Assembly: GCA_031549365.1 (NCBI GenBank)
Contig: JAVBPX010000014.1
Span: forward strand, 1-53,083
Source: Alphaproteobacteria bacterium
Lineage (GTDB): Bacteria > Pseudomonadota > Alphaproteobacteria > Rs-D84
DNA: 53,083 nt
Direction: 5' to 3'
Shown piece by piece: positions 1 through 8,606 of the stretch. A model generated the notes under the pieces. That model was given only the letters and a program-made list of their open reading frames with translations. It made no database searches and was not told the origin of the DNA. The position numbers were made by a program, and so were the translations under genes. The first letter of the stretch is position 1. Every line of letters starts with the position of its first letter.

Positions 1-8
1 CAAACCCT

Positions 9-727
9 TGGTCATCCGTATCGCATAGCCGAGAGGATCCAGTAAAAAACCATTGCAACGCAATGTATATAGATCACAACAATATTAAAAACCTCGCCCC
101 TGGTGGGCGAGGCAACAAAACCCGACAATTATTTGTCGTGGTTGAGTGGTGCGGGGGAAAATAAAAACACTACCCATCTCGCCCCTCCGGGGAGAGATAA
201 TAAAACATATGATCTTTGATCATCATGTTTTATAGAGAGAGGGGGAAAAATAAACCATCGCAACACAATGTATATAGATCACAACAATATTAAAAACCTC
301 GCCCCTGATGAGCGAGGCAACAAAACCCGACAATTATTTGTCGTGGTTGAGTGGTGCGGGAGAAAATAAAAACACTACCCATCTCGCCCCTACGGGGAGA
401 GATAATAAAACATATGATCTTTGATCATCATGTTTTATAAAGAGGGGGAAAATAAACCATTGCGACAGCAACTTTTTATTGTCATCCTGGGGCGCAGCCA
501 AGAGGATTCAGTAAAACAAACGTTGCAACGCAATGTATATAGATCACAACAATATTAAAAACCTCGCCCCTGATGAGCGAGGCAACAAAACCCGACAATT
601 ATTTGTCGTGGTTGAGTGGTGCGGGGGAAAATAAAAACACTACCCATCTCGCCCCAACGGGGAGAGATAATAAAACATATGATCTTTGATCATCATGTTT
701 TATAGAGAGAGGGGGAAAAACAAACCA
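9..727. repeat. Array of three ~205-bp composite palindromic repeat units plus two GTCATC-type modules
   Basis: The anchor caatgtatatagatcacaac occurs at 61, 266 and 531. Each unit holds two GC-rich hairpins (cctcgcccc..gggcgagg; atctcgccc..gggagagat), each followed by an AT-rich hairpin and a G-tract. gtcatcc..gaggat(c/t)cagt modules lie at ~9-45 and ~479-513. Confidence 0.9.
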
Positions 728-830
728 TACAAATAAATTTTTCCACCATTTTTTATTTTTCAAAATAAAAAATGCCCCACAAATCCGCAGGCAAATAAAT
801 TAAATCCACGCCGGCCTTAAATACAAAACA

Positions 831-852
831 GGGCGTTGCAAAAACAACGCCC
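831..852 (-). terminator. Possible intrinsic terminator downstream of the aquaporin gene
   Basis: gggcgttg/caacgccc stem followed by a T-rich run on the - strand. Confidence 0.45.
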
Positions 853-910
853 CCAACATAACTTGAATCACAAACTATTATTTTTTCTTCCCCGCTTTAT
901 AAAAACTATA

Positions 911-1032
911 AAAAATAATAGTTTGTGATGATTGGGCGGTTTTTTATTTTCGAGGGGTTGAGCGGGTATAAACACCCGAGATACCCCCGAGAAAATTAAA
1001 AACGCGCCCAAGGGCGCATTTTCATTATTTTT
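911..1032. repeat. Long imperfect palindrome (3'-end hairpin family), overlaps the aquaporin stop codon
   Basis: Arms aaaaataat..ttgggcg..gagggg..cgggt / acccg..ccccc..cgcccaa..attattttt with loop ataaac. Confidence 0.75.
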
Positions 1033-1708
1033 TCTTACCAATTTTGTTAAACGGCATAACGCGTGTGGCAACACCCGCCAACAATCCACCAACGGCCGGC
1101 ACGATTAAAAACAAACACAACTGATGCATCGCATGTCCGCCAACCAATAATGCTGGTCCAAAACTACGCGCAGGATTTAATGATCCGCCCGTAATATTCA
1201 TCCCCAACATTAACAATGTTGCCAAAGTCAATCCAATAATAACACCAGCATACTTTGTGTCAGTGGCAGTAACTTCCAAAATAATACGAACGAATACAAA
1301 TGTCGCAATCAATTCAAATAAAATTGCAGAAATCATGCTGTATCCACCGGCATATCCCAATCCATATCCATTTTGTCCCAACCCCTGGGCCAAATCAAAT
1401 AATGGGGCTCCGCGGGCAATTAAATAAACCACAATCGCACCAACTGTCGCACCCAAAAATTGCATAATAACGTATCCACAAAAATCACGAACCGACAAAC
1501 GACCGGCAACCAGCGCGCCAATTGATACAGCAGGATTCAAATGCGCACCAGATACATTACCAAACACACCGGCCATCGCAATAATCGCAACACCAAAACA
1601 TAATCCAACACCCATGTTTCCAATTTGTCCCCCGGCCAACACCGCAGCACCAACTCCGAACAAAACCAAAACGGCGGTGCCAATAAATTCAGCAAAATAT
1701 TTTTTCAT
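1025..1708 (-). CDS. aqpZ: Aquaporin (MIP family, AqpZ-like)
   Basis: AEFIGT, two NPA motifs (SGAHLNPAV, SLNPARS) and six hydrophobic segments. Start placed at MKKYF, which has an AAGGAG RBS. Confidence 0.9.
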   Translation of the reverse strand: MKKYFAEFIGTAVLVLFGVGAAVLAGGQIGNMGVGLCFGVAIIAMAGVFGNVSGAHLNPAVSIGALVAGRLSVRDFCGYVIMQFLGATVGAIVVYLIARGAPLFDLAQGLGQNGYGLGYAGGYSMISAILFELIATFVFVRIILEVTATDTKYAGVIIGLTLATLLMLGMNITGGSLNPARSFGPALLVGGHAMHQLCLFLIVPAVGGLLAGVATRVMPFNKIGKKK

Positions 1709-1794
1709 GTTATCTCCTTTGTTCATGAATAAATCCACAACGATTGTGCCATTTCCCGCGGAACCAAATCAACAGGTTTCTTTCCCTACTAAAA
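1648..1794. repeat. Direct repeat copy 1 (aquaporin promoter, RBS and first ~20 codons)
   Basis: Matches 5499-5644 with one substitution and one single-base indel. Confidence 0.95.
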
Positions 1795-1848
1795 TAAAAA
1801 AATTAAAATTTTGCGTTTATAAACAGATAGCCGGCCAACGCTCCTCAA

Positions 1849-3165
1849 CTATCTGGATCTAAAAACCTGTTTAATATTCAATGGCGGCTGAAACCTGCGC
1901 ACACTGTCATACGCCAATCCCAACCCAACGCTTGATAATCTATCTGATGCAGACAACTCTGCCTTTGGAAAATTCGCACGCGTAATTTCACTAACATACG
2001 GAATCTCGGTGGACCCACCTGTCAATATAACCAAATTTATATCATGTGCTTTTACACCGGCTTGCTTGATGCATTCGCTTATTGATGCTTGAATTTTTTC
2101 GACATTGCTTTCAATCGCATCGTTAAATTCAACACGATTGATATTTATAATTGGTTTATCGGACAAAAAGTCTAAAACCATTTTCACTTTATCTTCATCT
2201 GACAATTTAATCTTGGCGTCTTCAGCATAATTTAAATTTTTGTGCCCCAAACGGCCTTCAACAATTTCCAATAATCGCGCAACCTTTTCCGGGGATTGCG
2301 ATGAAAACAAATACTTTTTAATCTGATTCAAAGATTTAAAATTATACAAATCATTAACTTCATTCCACGTGGACAAAGAAAAATAAGGCGACGTAGGCAT
2401 TGGCAAAATTTTATCATGCGCCCCCAACTTTCCGCCAATCTCGGTTCCCATCCCAAACGTTGGCATAAACGATTTCAAAGACAAACTTTTATCAAAATCA
2501 TTCCCTCCAACACGAACGCCGGTATTTGATAAAACATCCGACGATCTATCTAAATAATTTCTACGCATCGGCGATAAACGAATAATTGTAAAATCACTCG
2601 TTCCTCCACCAATATCTATTACAGCGGCTAATTTTTCACTGTTCAATAAACGTTCGTGGGCAAACGCAGCAGCAATTGGCTCATATTGGAATTCAATATT
2701 CTTAAATCCTGCATTTTTTGCAATCTTTCGCAATTCATCTTCGGCCTTCTTGTCACCCTCTGGATCATTATCACGAAAATGTACTGGACGTCCCATAACA
2801 ACATTTTCAACATCCACCCCGGCCGCCATATCAATTTTTTCTTTTAAATGACGAACAAATGTCTCGATAATCTTATCAAACTTCATCGTATCGCGACCAA
2901 TCTGGGTCCCAGGCCCCTTCATCAAAGACGTACCCAAAATCCTCTTAATGCTGCGCATAAAACGACCGGCCGTTTCATTTTCAGTATAACGCCTTATGGC
3001 ATCTCGACCAAAATAAACCTCGCTTGGACTTATAAAATACATCGCAGTTGGAATTGTTACACTCGATCCCTCAACATTAATCAAATTCGGCTCACCTTTC
3101 CCAGCCATCGCAACGGACGAATTCGTCGTCCCAAAATCAATTCCCACAGATACCATTTCACACAC
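1849..3165 (-). CDS. Hsp70-family ATPase, YegD-like
   Basis: GIDFGTTNS, VMGRPVHF, EPIAAA, DIGGGTSDF, GGNDFD and LTGGS motifs. No substrate-binding domain. Start may be 3156. Confidence 0.88.
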   Translation of the reverse strand: MCEMVSVGIDFGTTNSSVAMAGKGEPNLINVEGSSVTIPTAMYFISPSEVYFGRDAIRRYTENETAGRFMRSIKRILGTSLMKGPGTQIGRDTMKFDKIIETFVRHLKEKIDMAAGVDVENVVMGRPVHFRDNDPEGDKKAEDELRKIAKNAGFKNIEFQYEPIAAAFAHERLLNSEKLAAVIDIGGGTSDFTIIRLSPMRRNYLDRSSDVLSNTGVRVGGNDFDKSLSLKSFMPTFGMGTEIGGKLGAHDKILPMPTSPYFSLSTWNEVNDLYNFKSLNQIKKYLFSSQSPEKVARLLEIVEGRLGHKNLNYAEDAKIKLSDEDKVKMVLDFLSDKPIININRVEFNDAIESNVEKIQASISECIKQAGVKAHDINLVILTGGSTEIPYVSEITRANFPKAELSASDRLSSVGLGLAYDSVRRFQPPLNIKQVFRSR

Positions 3166-3245
3166 CCTAATCCTGTTAAAATTTTCCTTGCAACTTTACC
3201 ACGAACCGATAAAATGTCAAGAAATTAGAGCAAAAATTACTGAAA

Positions 3246-3785
3246 ATGCACGAACTCTTAGACATCATAGACGAAAACGACAATGTTATATGCACAATGA
3301 CAAGGGAAGAGGCGTATAAAATCAATGCCACCGTCCGAATATCTGGCGTACTTGTTTTTACCACATCAAATAAAATTATCCTGCAACAGCGTTCTAAAAA
3401 CAAAACGTACCCACTATGTTTCGATTATTCTGCGGCAGGCCATGTCTTGTCCGGACAAAACTATAAGCAAGCCGCTATTGAAGAGTTAAAAGAAGAATTG
3501 GGAATAGTAATAGACAACCTAGTACACGTAGGAATAGTTAAAACATACAATATAAGAAAATCAAATAAACCAAGAAAACTGCACCATGTTTTTATGGGTA
3601 TACATAATGGCCCATTCAATATATTCGAAAAAGAACTTTCAGGGGTCATAGAAGTAGGCGAAGAAGAACTTCACAATACGATAAATAAAAAACCAGACTT
3701 ATTTACACCTAATTTTATTCAAATTTATAATGAAGTAATAATCAAGGGGAATTTATTTAGAATTAATAAAAATATCATTTCGTAA
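3246..3785 (+). CDS. Nudix hydrolase (IPP isomerase-like/YfcD-like)
   Basis: LDIIDENDNVI, LQQRS..K..YP, and a Nudix box variant GHVLSGQNYKQAAIEELKEELGI. Confidence 0.85.
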   Translation: MHELLDIIDENDNVICTMTREEAYKINATVRISGVLVFTTSNKIILQQRSKNKTYPLCFDYSAAGHVLSGQNYKQAAIEELKEELGIVIDNLVHVGIVKTYNIRKSNKPRKLHHVFMGIHNGPFNIFEKELSGVIEVGEEELHNTINKKPDLFTPNFIQIYNEVIIKGNLFRINKNIIS

Positions 3786-5471
3786 CGCACTCTTGACGGA
3801 TCCAATCTGCCTACGCTTTGAACATGACCGCGTCATAAACTTCAAATCCTCATTCCCGTACGCATGCCTGACATGTTCCCCATGACCGAACCAAATAAAG
3901 TGCATACCTGCATCAACAGCCGCAATTATTCCATCCGGACTATCTTCTATAACAATACATCTATCTGGATCTACTCCTAATGTTTTTGAGACTAGAATAA
4001 ACACATCTGGTGACGGTTTCCCTTTTTCTACCTGGGACGTAGAGAATCTATTCTTAACAGGAAACTCCAATTCCAAACCAATTTTTTTTAAAGATCCATC
4101 AATTGTCTCTAAACTACTTCCTGATGCTACCGCCTTTGCACATTTCACTTTTGATACCAACTCTTTAATACCGTCCACCTCTGACATATATTTTTTTTGC
4201 TCATGAATCCATAATTTTTTATTCAACTTTTGTTTTTCAGAAAATTCTACCCCCCATTTTTTTTTAATAAATTTTTCATTATCGTTTTTTGAGCGACCCG
4301 CAAACAACTTTAAAGCATTCTTTAAACTAATATTTATACCATATTCCGATAACGTTCTAACATAGCCAGAAACGTTTATAGCTTCGGAATTTACAATGGT
4401 CCCATCAAGATCAAATATAACCAAATCAAAACGCTCATTAATTAAATCCAATAGTGTTTTCTCAGACCCCTTAATAACACTTTTGTATTCCTCATAAGAC
4501 TTCTTACCATTCAATATCATGTAATCTAAATTATCTTTGATATTAAATACTGACGTCATCTTTCCAACTGGTTTATATAAATCCAGTTTATCCATAAAAA
4601 ATTTAACATCTTCGGGATCATCCAATGTATGTAATATGCTATCATAATGATATTCATTAACTTTGCTAATAAACTTATCCCTAATAGAATCTTTAATTGA
4701 ACGCATTTCTTCATACGGTTTATCAACAATTATAATCCCAGCCGCAGACTCAAACCTTGTTATTCCCCAAGATTTGCGTAAAAGAGTTTGAAAACGTATC
4801 GAATCTGTAGAATACATTACTTTAATAAATGCTGCATACTCTTCATCAGAAAACTTTCTTAAAAATGCCCGCTTAATACTATCTTTACCAAAAAAATCTA
4901 TTATATCATCCCAAACGGGCAGACCCATGCCCCAAACAGTTATAAATACTTCATTAGATATTGAAGGTTTATACTTTTCAAATAACTCCTTCCTTACTAA
5001 ATCTATATTTTTCAAATAATCCTCAGAAAAATTTGCAAACCTGTTTTTTTCATATCGTTTAGACATTTTAGAGTAAATCTGGACTACGGGCATTTGGTTC
5101 AAAGCAAGTAACACTGCCAACCTGTGGGAACCGTCAAGAATATCATAATTTATATCAACTGGTATCGGAAAGTTTTTATCAAACCCAAAGTTTTTAATAC
5201 TTTCTATAAGAGAGTCAAATTTTTTAAAATCTGCATTCCGACCTTTATCTCGTTGCATAATACGATACAGATTTTTCCAGTAGCCTAAATCATCCCGATT
5301 ATTTAACACAGCGCGTGCATAAGCATATTTCACATAAACATGGTAATGGCGATCTGAAATCAGCTCTCCAACATAGCACTTGTGCGGATGCAAAATTTTC
5401 TTTCCGCCATCAATCAAAAGAGATCCCGGGCCATCCTTATGAAAGGCCTTATGCTTACCAATATACTCCAT
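3753..5471 (-). CDS. Multidomain protein: ParB/Srx-like N-terminus, central unknown domain, C-terminal HAD phosphatase
   Basis: PIPVD..ILDGSHRL; HAD motifs IFDLDGT, VASGS, KPSPD and IEDSPDG. Start moved to MEYIG (GGAG RBS) because the longer ORF begins inside the duplicated aqpZ fragment. Confidence 0.8.
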   Translation of the reverse strand: MEYIGKHKAFHKDGPGSLLIDGGKKILHPHKCYVGELISDRHYHVYVKYAYARAVLNNRDDLGYWKNLYRIMQRDKGRNADFKKFDSLIESIKNFGFDKNFPIPVDINYDILDGSHRLAVLLALNQMPVVQIYSKMSKRYEKNRFANFSEDYLKNIDLVRKELFEKYKPSISNEVFITVWGMGLPVWDDIIDFFGKDSIKRAFLRKFSDEEYAAFIKVMYSTDSIRFQTLLRKSWGITRFESAAGIIIVDKPYEEMRSIKDSIRDKFISKVNEYHYDSILHTLDDPEDVKFFMDKLDLYKPVGKMTSVFNIKDNLDYMILNGKKSYEEYKSVIKGSEKTLLDLINERFDLVIFDLDGTIVNSEAINVSGYVRTLSEYGINISLKNALKLFAGRSKNDNEKFIKKKWGVEFSEKQKLNKKLWIHEQKKYMSEVDGIKELVSKVKCAKAVASGSSLETIDGSLKKIGLELEFPVKNRFSTSQVEKGKPSPDVFILVSKTLGVDPDRCIVIEDSPDGIIAAVDAGMHFIWFGHGEHVRHAYGNEDLKFMTRSCSKRRQIGSVKSALRNDIFINSK

Positions 5472-5490
5472 GCAAGACTCCAAACATATT

Positions 5491-5559
5491 TTAACAAACA
5501 CCAACTCCGAACAAAACCAAAACGGCGGTGCCAATAAATTCAGCAAAATATTTTTTCAT
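5491..5559 (-). pseudogene. Truncated aquaporin 5' fragment (MKKYFAEFIGTAVLVLFGVGVC*)
   Basis: First 20 codons identical to aqpZ, then a stop two codons after the repeat ends. Confidence 0.85.
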
Positions 5560-5644
5560 GTTATCTCCTTTGTTCATGAATAAATCCACAACGATTGTGC
5601 CACTTCCCGCGGAACCAAATCAACAGGTTTTTTCCCTACTAAAA
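5499..5644. repeat. Direct repeat copy 2 (aquaporin promoter and 5' end)
   Basis: Near-identical to 1648-1794. Contains TTGATT-18-CACAAT and AAGGAG on the - strand. Confidence 0.95.
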
Positions 5645-5648
5645 ACAA

Positions 5649-5678
5649 ATAAAAATCCCCCAATTGGGGGATTTTTAT
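5649..5678. terminator. Bidirectional intrinsic terminator
   Basis: Perfect palindrome ataaaaatcccccaattgggggatttttat. Confidence 0.8.
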
Positions 5679-5701
5679 AATAATAAATTTTATAATTAAA
5701 T

Positions 5702-6292
5702 TTAATTTTTAAACACAGAACACTTTGCTTCAGCATCAAAATAATTACGTTTTGGCGCGATTTCTAAACACACTTGTTTTGACAGTCCAAAACACTCCTT
5801 CCCTTCATTCTTTGGAGTACCTCCAACGGCCACACACCGCCCTTCTTCAAATCCAATCCACGCTACGCGTGAATCGCTCTCGGATGCATCATCAAATTCA
5901 AACACTATATATTCTCCAACAGATGTATAACATCCAAAATAGTCCTGACCAACCGCATTCGTTCCATTGGAACCCATACCAGAATTCAAATCAATAAATT
6001 CAGAACAACCGCCAACAGCCGTATTTTTTTGCATATATAAACTGATTAATTCTTTAACTTTCGAAAAATCTTTCACTTGAATATCTTTAAATGTCCGATT
6101 GCAATAACTTTTAAATCTATCAGCTGCCTTACATGCATTTTTTGGAACACAAGACCCTGTTTTTTCAACCCATATTCGTATCGGAGATTTATCACATAAT
6201 TCTTTCTGACGCTCACGTGTCATTTCCGCCGATGCGGCCCCACAAACCATTGCCATCGCAACAGTTGTCATTAAAATATTTTTTACTTTCAT
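5702..6292 (-). CDS. Secreted cysteine-rich hypothetical protein
   Basis: Signal peptide ending ..AASA, ten Cys in the mature region, AAGGA RBS. Confidence 0.8.
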   Translation of the reverse strand: MKVKNILMTTVAMAMVCGAASAEMTRERQKELCDKSPIRIWVEKTGSCVPKNACKAADRFKSYCNRTFKDIQVKDFSKVKELISLYMQKNTAVGGCSEFIDLNSGMGSNGTNAVGQDYFGCYTSVGEYIVFEFDDASESDSRVAWIGFEEGRCVAVGGTPKNEGKECFGLSKQVCLEIAPKRNYFDAEAKCSVFKN

Positions 6293-6318
6293 TTTTCATC
6301 CTTTTGGTTTGTTAATTA

Positions 6319-6690
6319 CTATTTCTTGCATTCCGGCTCATCCGGAAATTCAAGACACAGTTCGCTGATATTATCCGCAGAAATTTGTTCGGCAGAACGA
6401 TCATCTTTACTAACACTCACTCCGCCAACCTTTGATACTTCGGACAATTTTTCTTTTAATTTCACATTGGCATAAACTCCAACACTTGTTGCAGCCAATG
6501 TCGCAACTCCGGCTATTTTGAACCCATGCGTTTCTTTTTCACATTTTTCCAGCTCGGCATATTTTTTATAAATATCTCGCTCTAATCCCACAATTCTTGC
6601 ATCCAACATTTGCATTTGAATATTATTTTCATTCGCACCAACTGTAATCGGGATAAAAACTAAAATCAAAAATACAACATTCAATTTCAT
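6319..6690 (-). CDS. Small secreted coiled-coil protein with an internal hydrophobic helix
   Basis: Signal peptide, heptad-like segment, then CEKETHGFKIAGVATLAATSVGVYANV. Start overlaps the upstream stop (ATGA). Confidence 0.75.
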   Translation of the reverse strand: MKLNVVFLILVFIPITVGANENNIQMQMLDARIVGLERDIYKKYAELEKCEKETHGFKIAGVATLAATSVGVYANVKLKEKLSEVSKVGGVSVSKDDRSAEQISADNISELCLEFPDEPECKK

Positions 6691-7040
6691 TTTACTGTCC
6701 CTATACCTTCTGTTTGTGCAACAACCGGCTTACCATTTTCGTCTAAATTTTTTGATTTTTTTATATTATGCAGTTGAACACCTGCGCCAATCCCTGTTGC
6801 AACTGTTCCAATTGAACCAATTACAGTCGCCGCCTTCCACCCAGATTTTTGCTTACGACAACGTGCTATTTCCGAATAAATTTGTGATAAATCACTTTCC
6901 AGTTTTTCAACATACGCATTTTTTTCAGCAATCTCATCCATACTACTGTCATTCACAGATTGAACAGCAACATCATTTACATCCGCCATTAAATTGCGGA
7001 TCAAAAAAAATGATAAAAAAACTAACACAAAAACTTTCAC
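6687..7040 (-). CDS. Small secreted coiled-coil protein, paralog of 6319-6690
   Basis: GTG start with GGGGG RBS, signal peptide, CRKQKSGWKAATVIGSIGTVATGIGAGV. Confidence 0.75.
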   Translation of the reverse strand: MKVFVLVFLSFFLIRNLMADVNDVAVQSVNDSSMDEIAEKNAYVEKLESDLSQIYSEIARCRKQKSGWKAATVIGSIGTVATGIGAGVQLHNIKKSKNLDENGKPVVAQTEGIGTVK

Positions 7041-7084
7041 TCTACCCCCAACTTTTCATATCTAAAACCACCAAATCATTGGAA

Positions 7085-7252
7085 TTGGTGGCAGGAGGTT
7101 CGTAACTACTTTATGCAAGATAGTGCGGTGTATTTGCTCAACGCTTATTCCACCAGCCCTCCTACCATAGACGGCAGGGGGCATTTAACGTCTGCGCAGA
7201 CGTGCATAAAAGAGGTTACGACACCCCAAGCGCCAGAACTCCCGGCACCAAC
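7085..7252 (-). ncRNA. Putative structured cis-regulatory leader RNA (C4/Ash-like architecture)
   Basis: GC-rich island in an AT-rich spacer. On the - strand, tcgtaacctcttttatgca pairs with tgcataaagtagttacga. gaacctcctgccaccaa can pair with either ttggtgccgggagttc or tggtaggagg. Confidence 0.6.
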
Positions 7253-7450
7253 CTTATGATACTACAAAACACAGAACACAATCAAGCAACTTTTAAAAAA
7301 CCAAAATACCAGCTAAAAAAAACATCAATTTTAAAGACATTCAATAATTCACAAATAATTAATCCAAATCCCAACATAGTCTAAACAAAATATTCCACTC
7401 CCCCCTTTTTTTAACTTGACAAACGCGTTTTTTCATTCATAATACTAATC

Positions 7451-8605
7451 ATGAAAGACAAAATCGTATCCTTTTTCAAAAAATACATCCCGGCCCGCGC
7501 CGATATCTTGGTCATATTGGGCTGGACAGTGGCCTTTTTCACAATGGCCTGGATTGTATTTTATTTGGTATTTGGATTTAACATTTTATCACCACTTCAT
7601 TGGCATTTATTAATTCGCGCCTGGCAACGTGGCTGGGTTGTACGCGGTCTGATGGACGTATCATTTTTTCTGGGTTTACTTGCATTAATTCCAACATATA
7701 TCGCAACAGCGAATATATGTGTTCGCGGCGACTGGTGGAAAAAATTCTTGAAATGCGTGTCCAAAACCCAAACCGCCCTAAAACCTGAACCGCCAAAATC
7801 GAAAGACAAAAAACCGGCCGAAAAATCGGAAGACACAAAATCGGAACCCGAAATTATTTTACCGGAAAACCTACCCGAAGAAATGCGTGCACGCTATACC
7901 TATATCGCAGCCACTGAAAAACTGAACAAAAAAATGGCCCCACAAACATCCGTGGAATTCGGCCCAAACACAACCGCAGCATCCGAACCAAAACCGGAAA
8001 CTATTGCGGATATCCCTGAAAATGGGGACGAAATCATATCCGACAATCCATTTGCTGCCGGCATGATTCCAACATCATTCGACGTCGAAATTCCAAACGA
8101 ACCGGATAACAAACCAATGGTTTTCAAACCAATTAATTTCGACATAAAAAATGAACCTGAAAAAATGGATGAAAACACAACCGACGAAAACGCCGAAATT
8201 TCTGAACTATTGCCAACCGAAATTGCAATTGATTTGGCATCAAAATTAAACAAATTGGGCTTTGAAATTGACCCAGGCCACGAATACGACATTGATGTAA
8301 TCGCAACTCTCGGCGATAAAACATACGCAATCGCAGGCCATTCCGACGAAAAAATGTGGATCGCGGACGAAACCGAAATCCCGGGCATCGAACCCATGTG
8401 GTTCGCCGAAGGCTCTCAAAAAATATCCCCAGCCTATCGCGCAAAAATGGCTGCCGAAAATTTAAAAACAAAAAAACCGGCTGAAAACATACAACCGGTA
8501 TTATACCTACATAAACACCAAATCATGAACTTGCCAGAAATGACTGAAACCTGGACTAAAATAGGCGTAATCGTAATTACCGATCCATCTGAATTACCAA
8601 ACTAA
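7451..8605 (+). CDS. Membrane protein with acidic linker and C-terminal degenerate NERD/PD-(D/E)XK-like domain
   Basis: Two N-terminal TM segments and a Pro/Glu-rich linker, then YDIDVIAT..YAIAGH..W..SP. Upstream TTGACA-16-CATAAT promoter. Confidence 0.65.
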   Translation: MKDKIVSFFKKYIPARADILVILGWTVAFFTMAWIVFYLVFGFNILSPLHWHLLIRAWQRGWVVRGLMDVSFFLGLLALIPTYIATANICVRGDWWKKFLKCVSKTQTALKPEPPKSKDKKPAEKSEDTKSEPEIILPENLPEEMRARYTYIAATEKLNKKMAPQTSVEFGPNTTAASEPKPETIADIPENGDEIISDNPFAAGMIPTSFDVEIPNEPDNKPMVFKPINFDIKNEPEKMDENTTDENAEISELLPTEIAIDLASKLNKLGFEIDPGHEYDIDVIATLGDKTYAIAGHSDEKMWIADETEIPGIEPMWFAEGSQKISPAYRAKMAAENLKTKKPAENIQPVLYLHKHQIMNLPEMTETWTKIGVIVITDPSELPN

Positions 8606-8606
8606 A

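Noticed and set aside
9-727. Possible CRISPR array
   Set aside because: Units are ~205 bp and near-identical throughout, with no unique spacers and no cas genes.
5472-5546. First 25 codons of the 597-aa ORF
   Set aside because: Mostly an out-of-frame reading of the duplicated aqpZ fragment; a better RBS precedes MEYIG.
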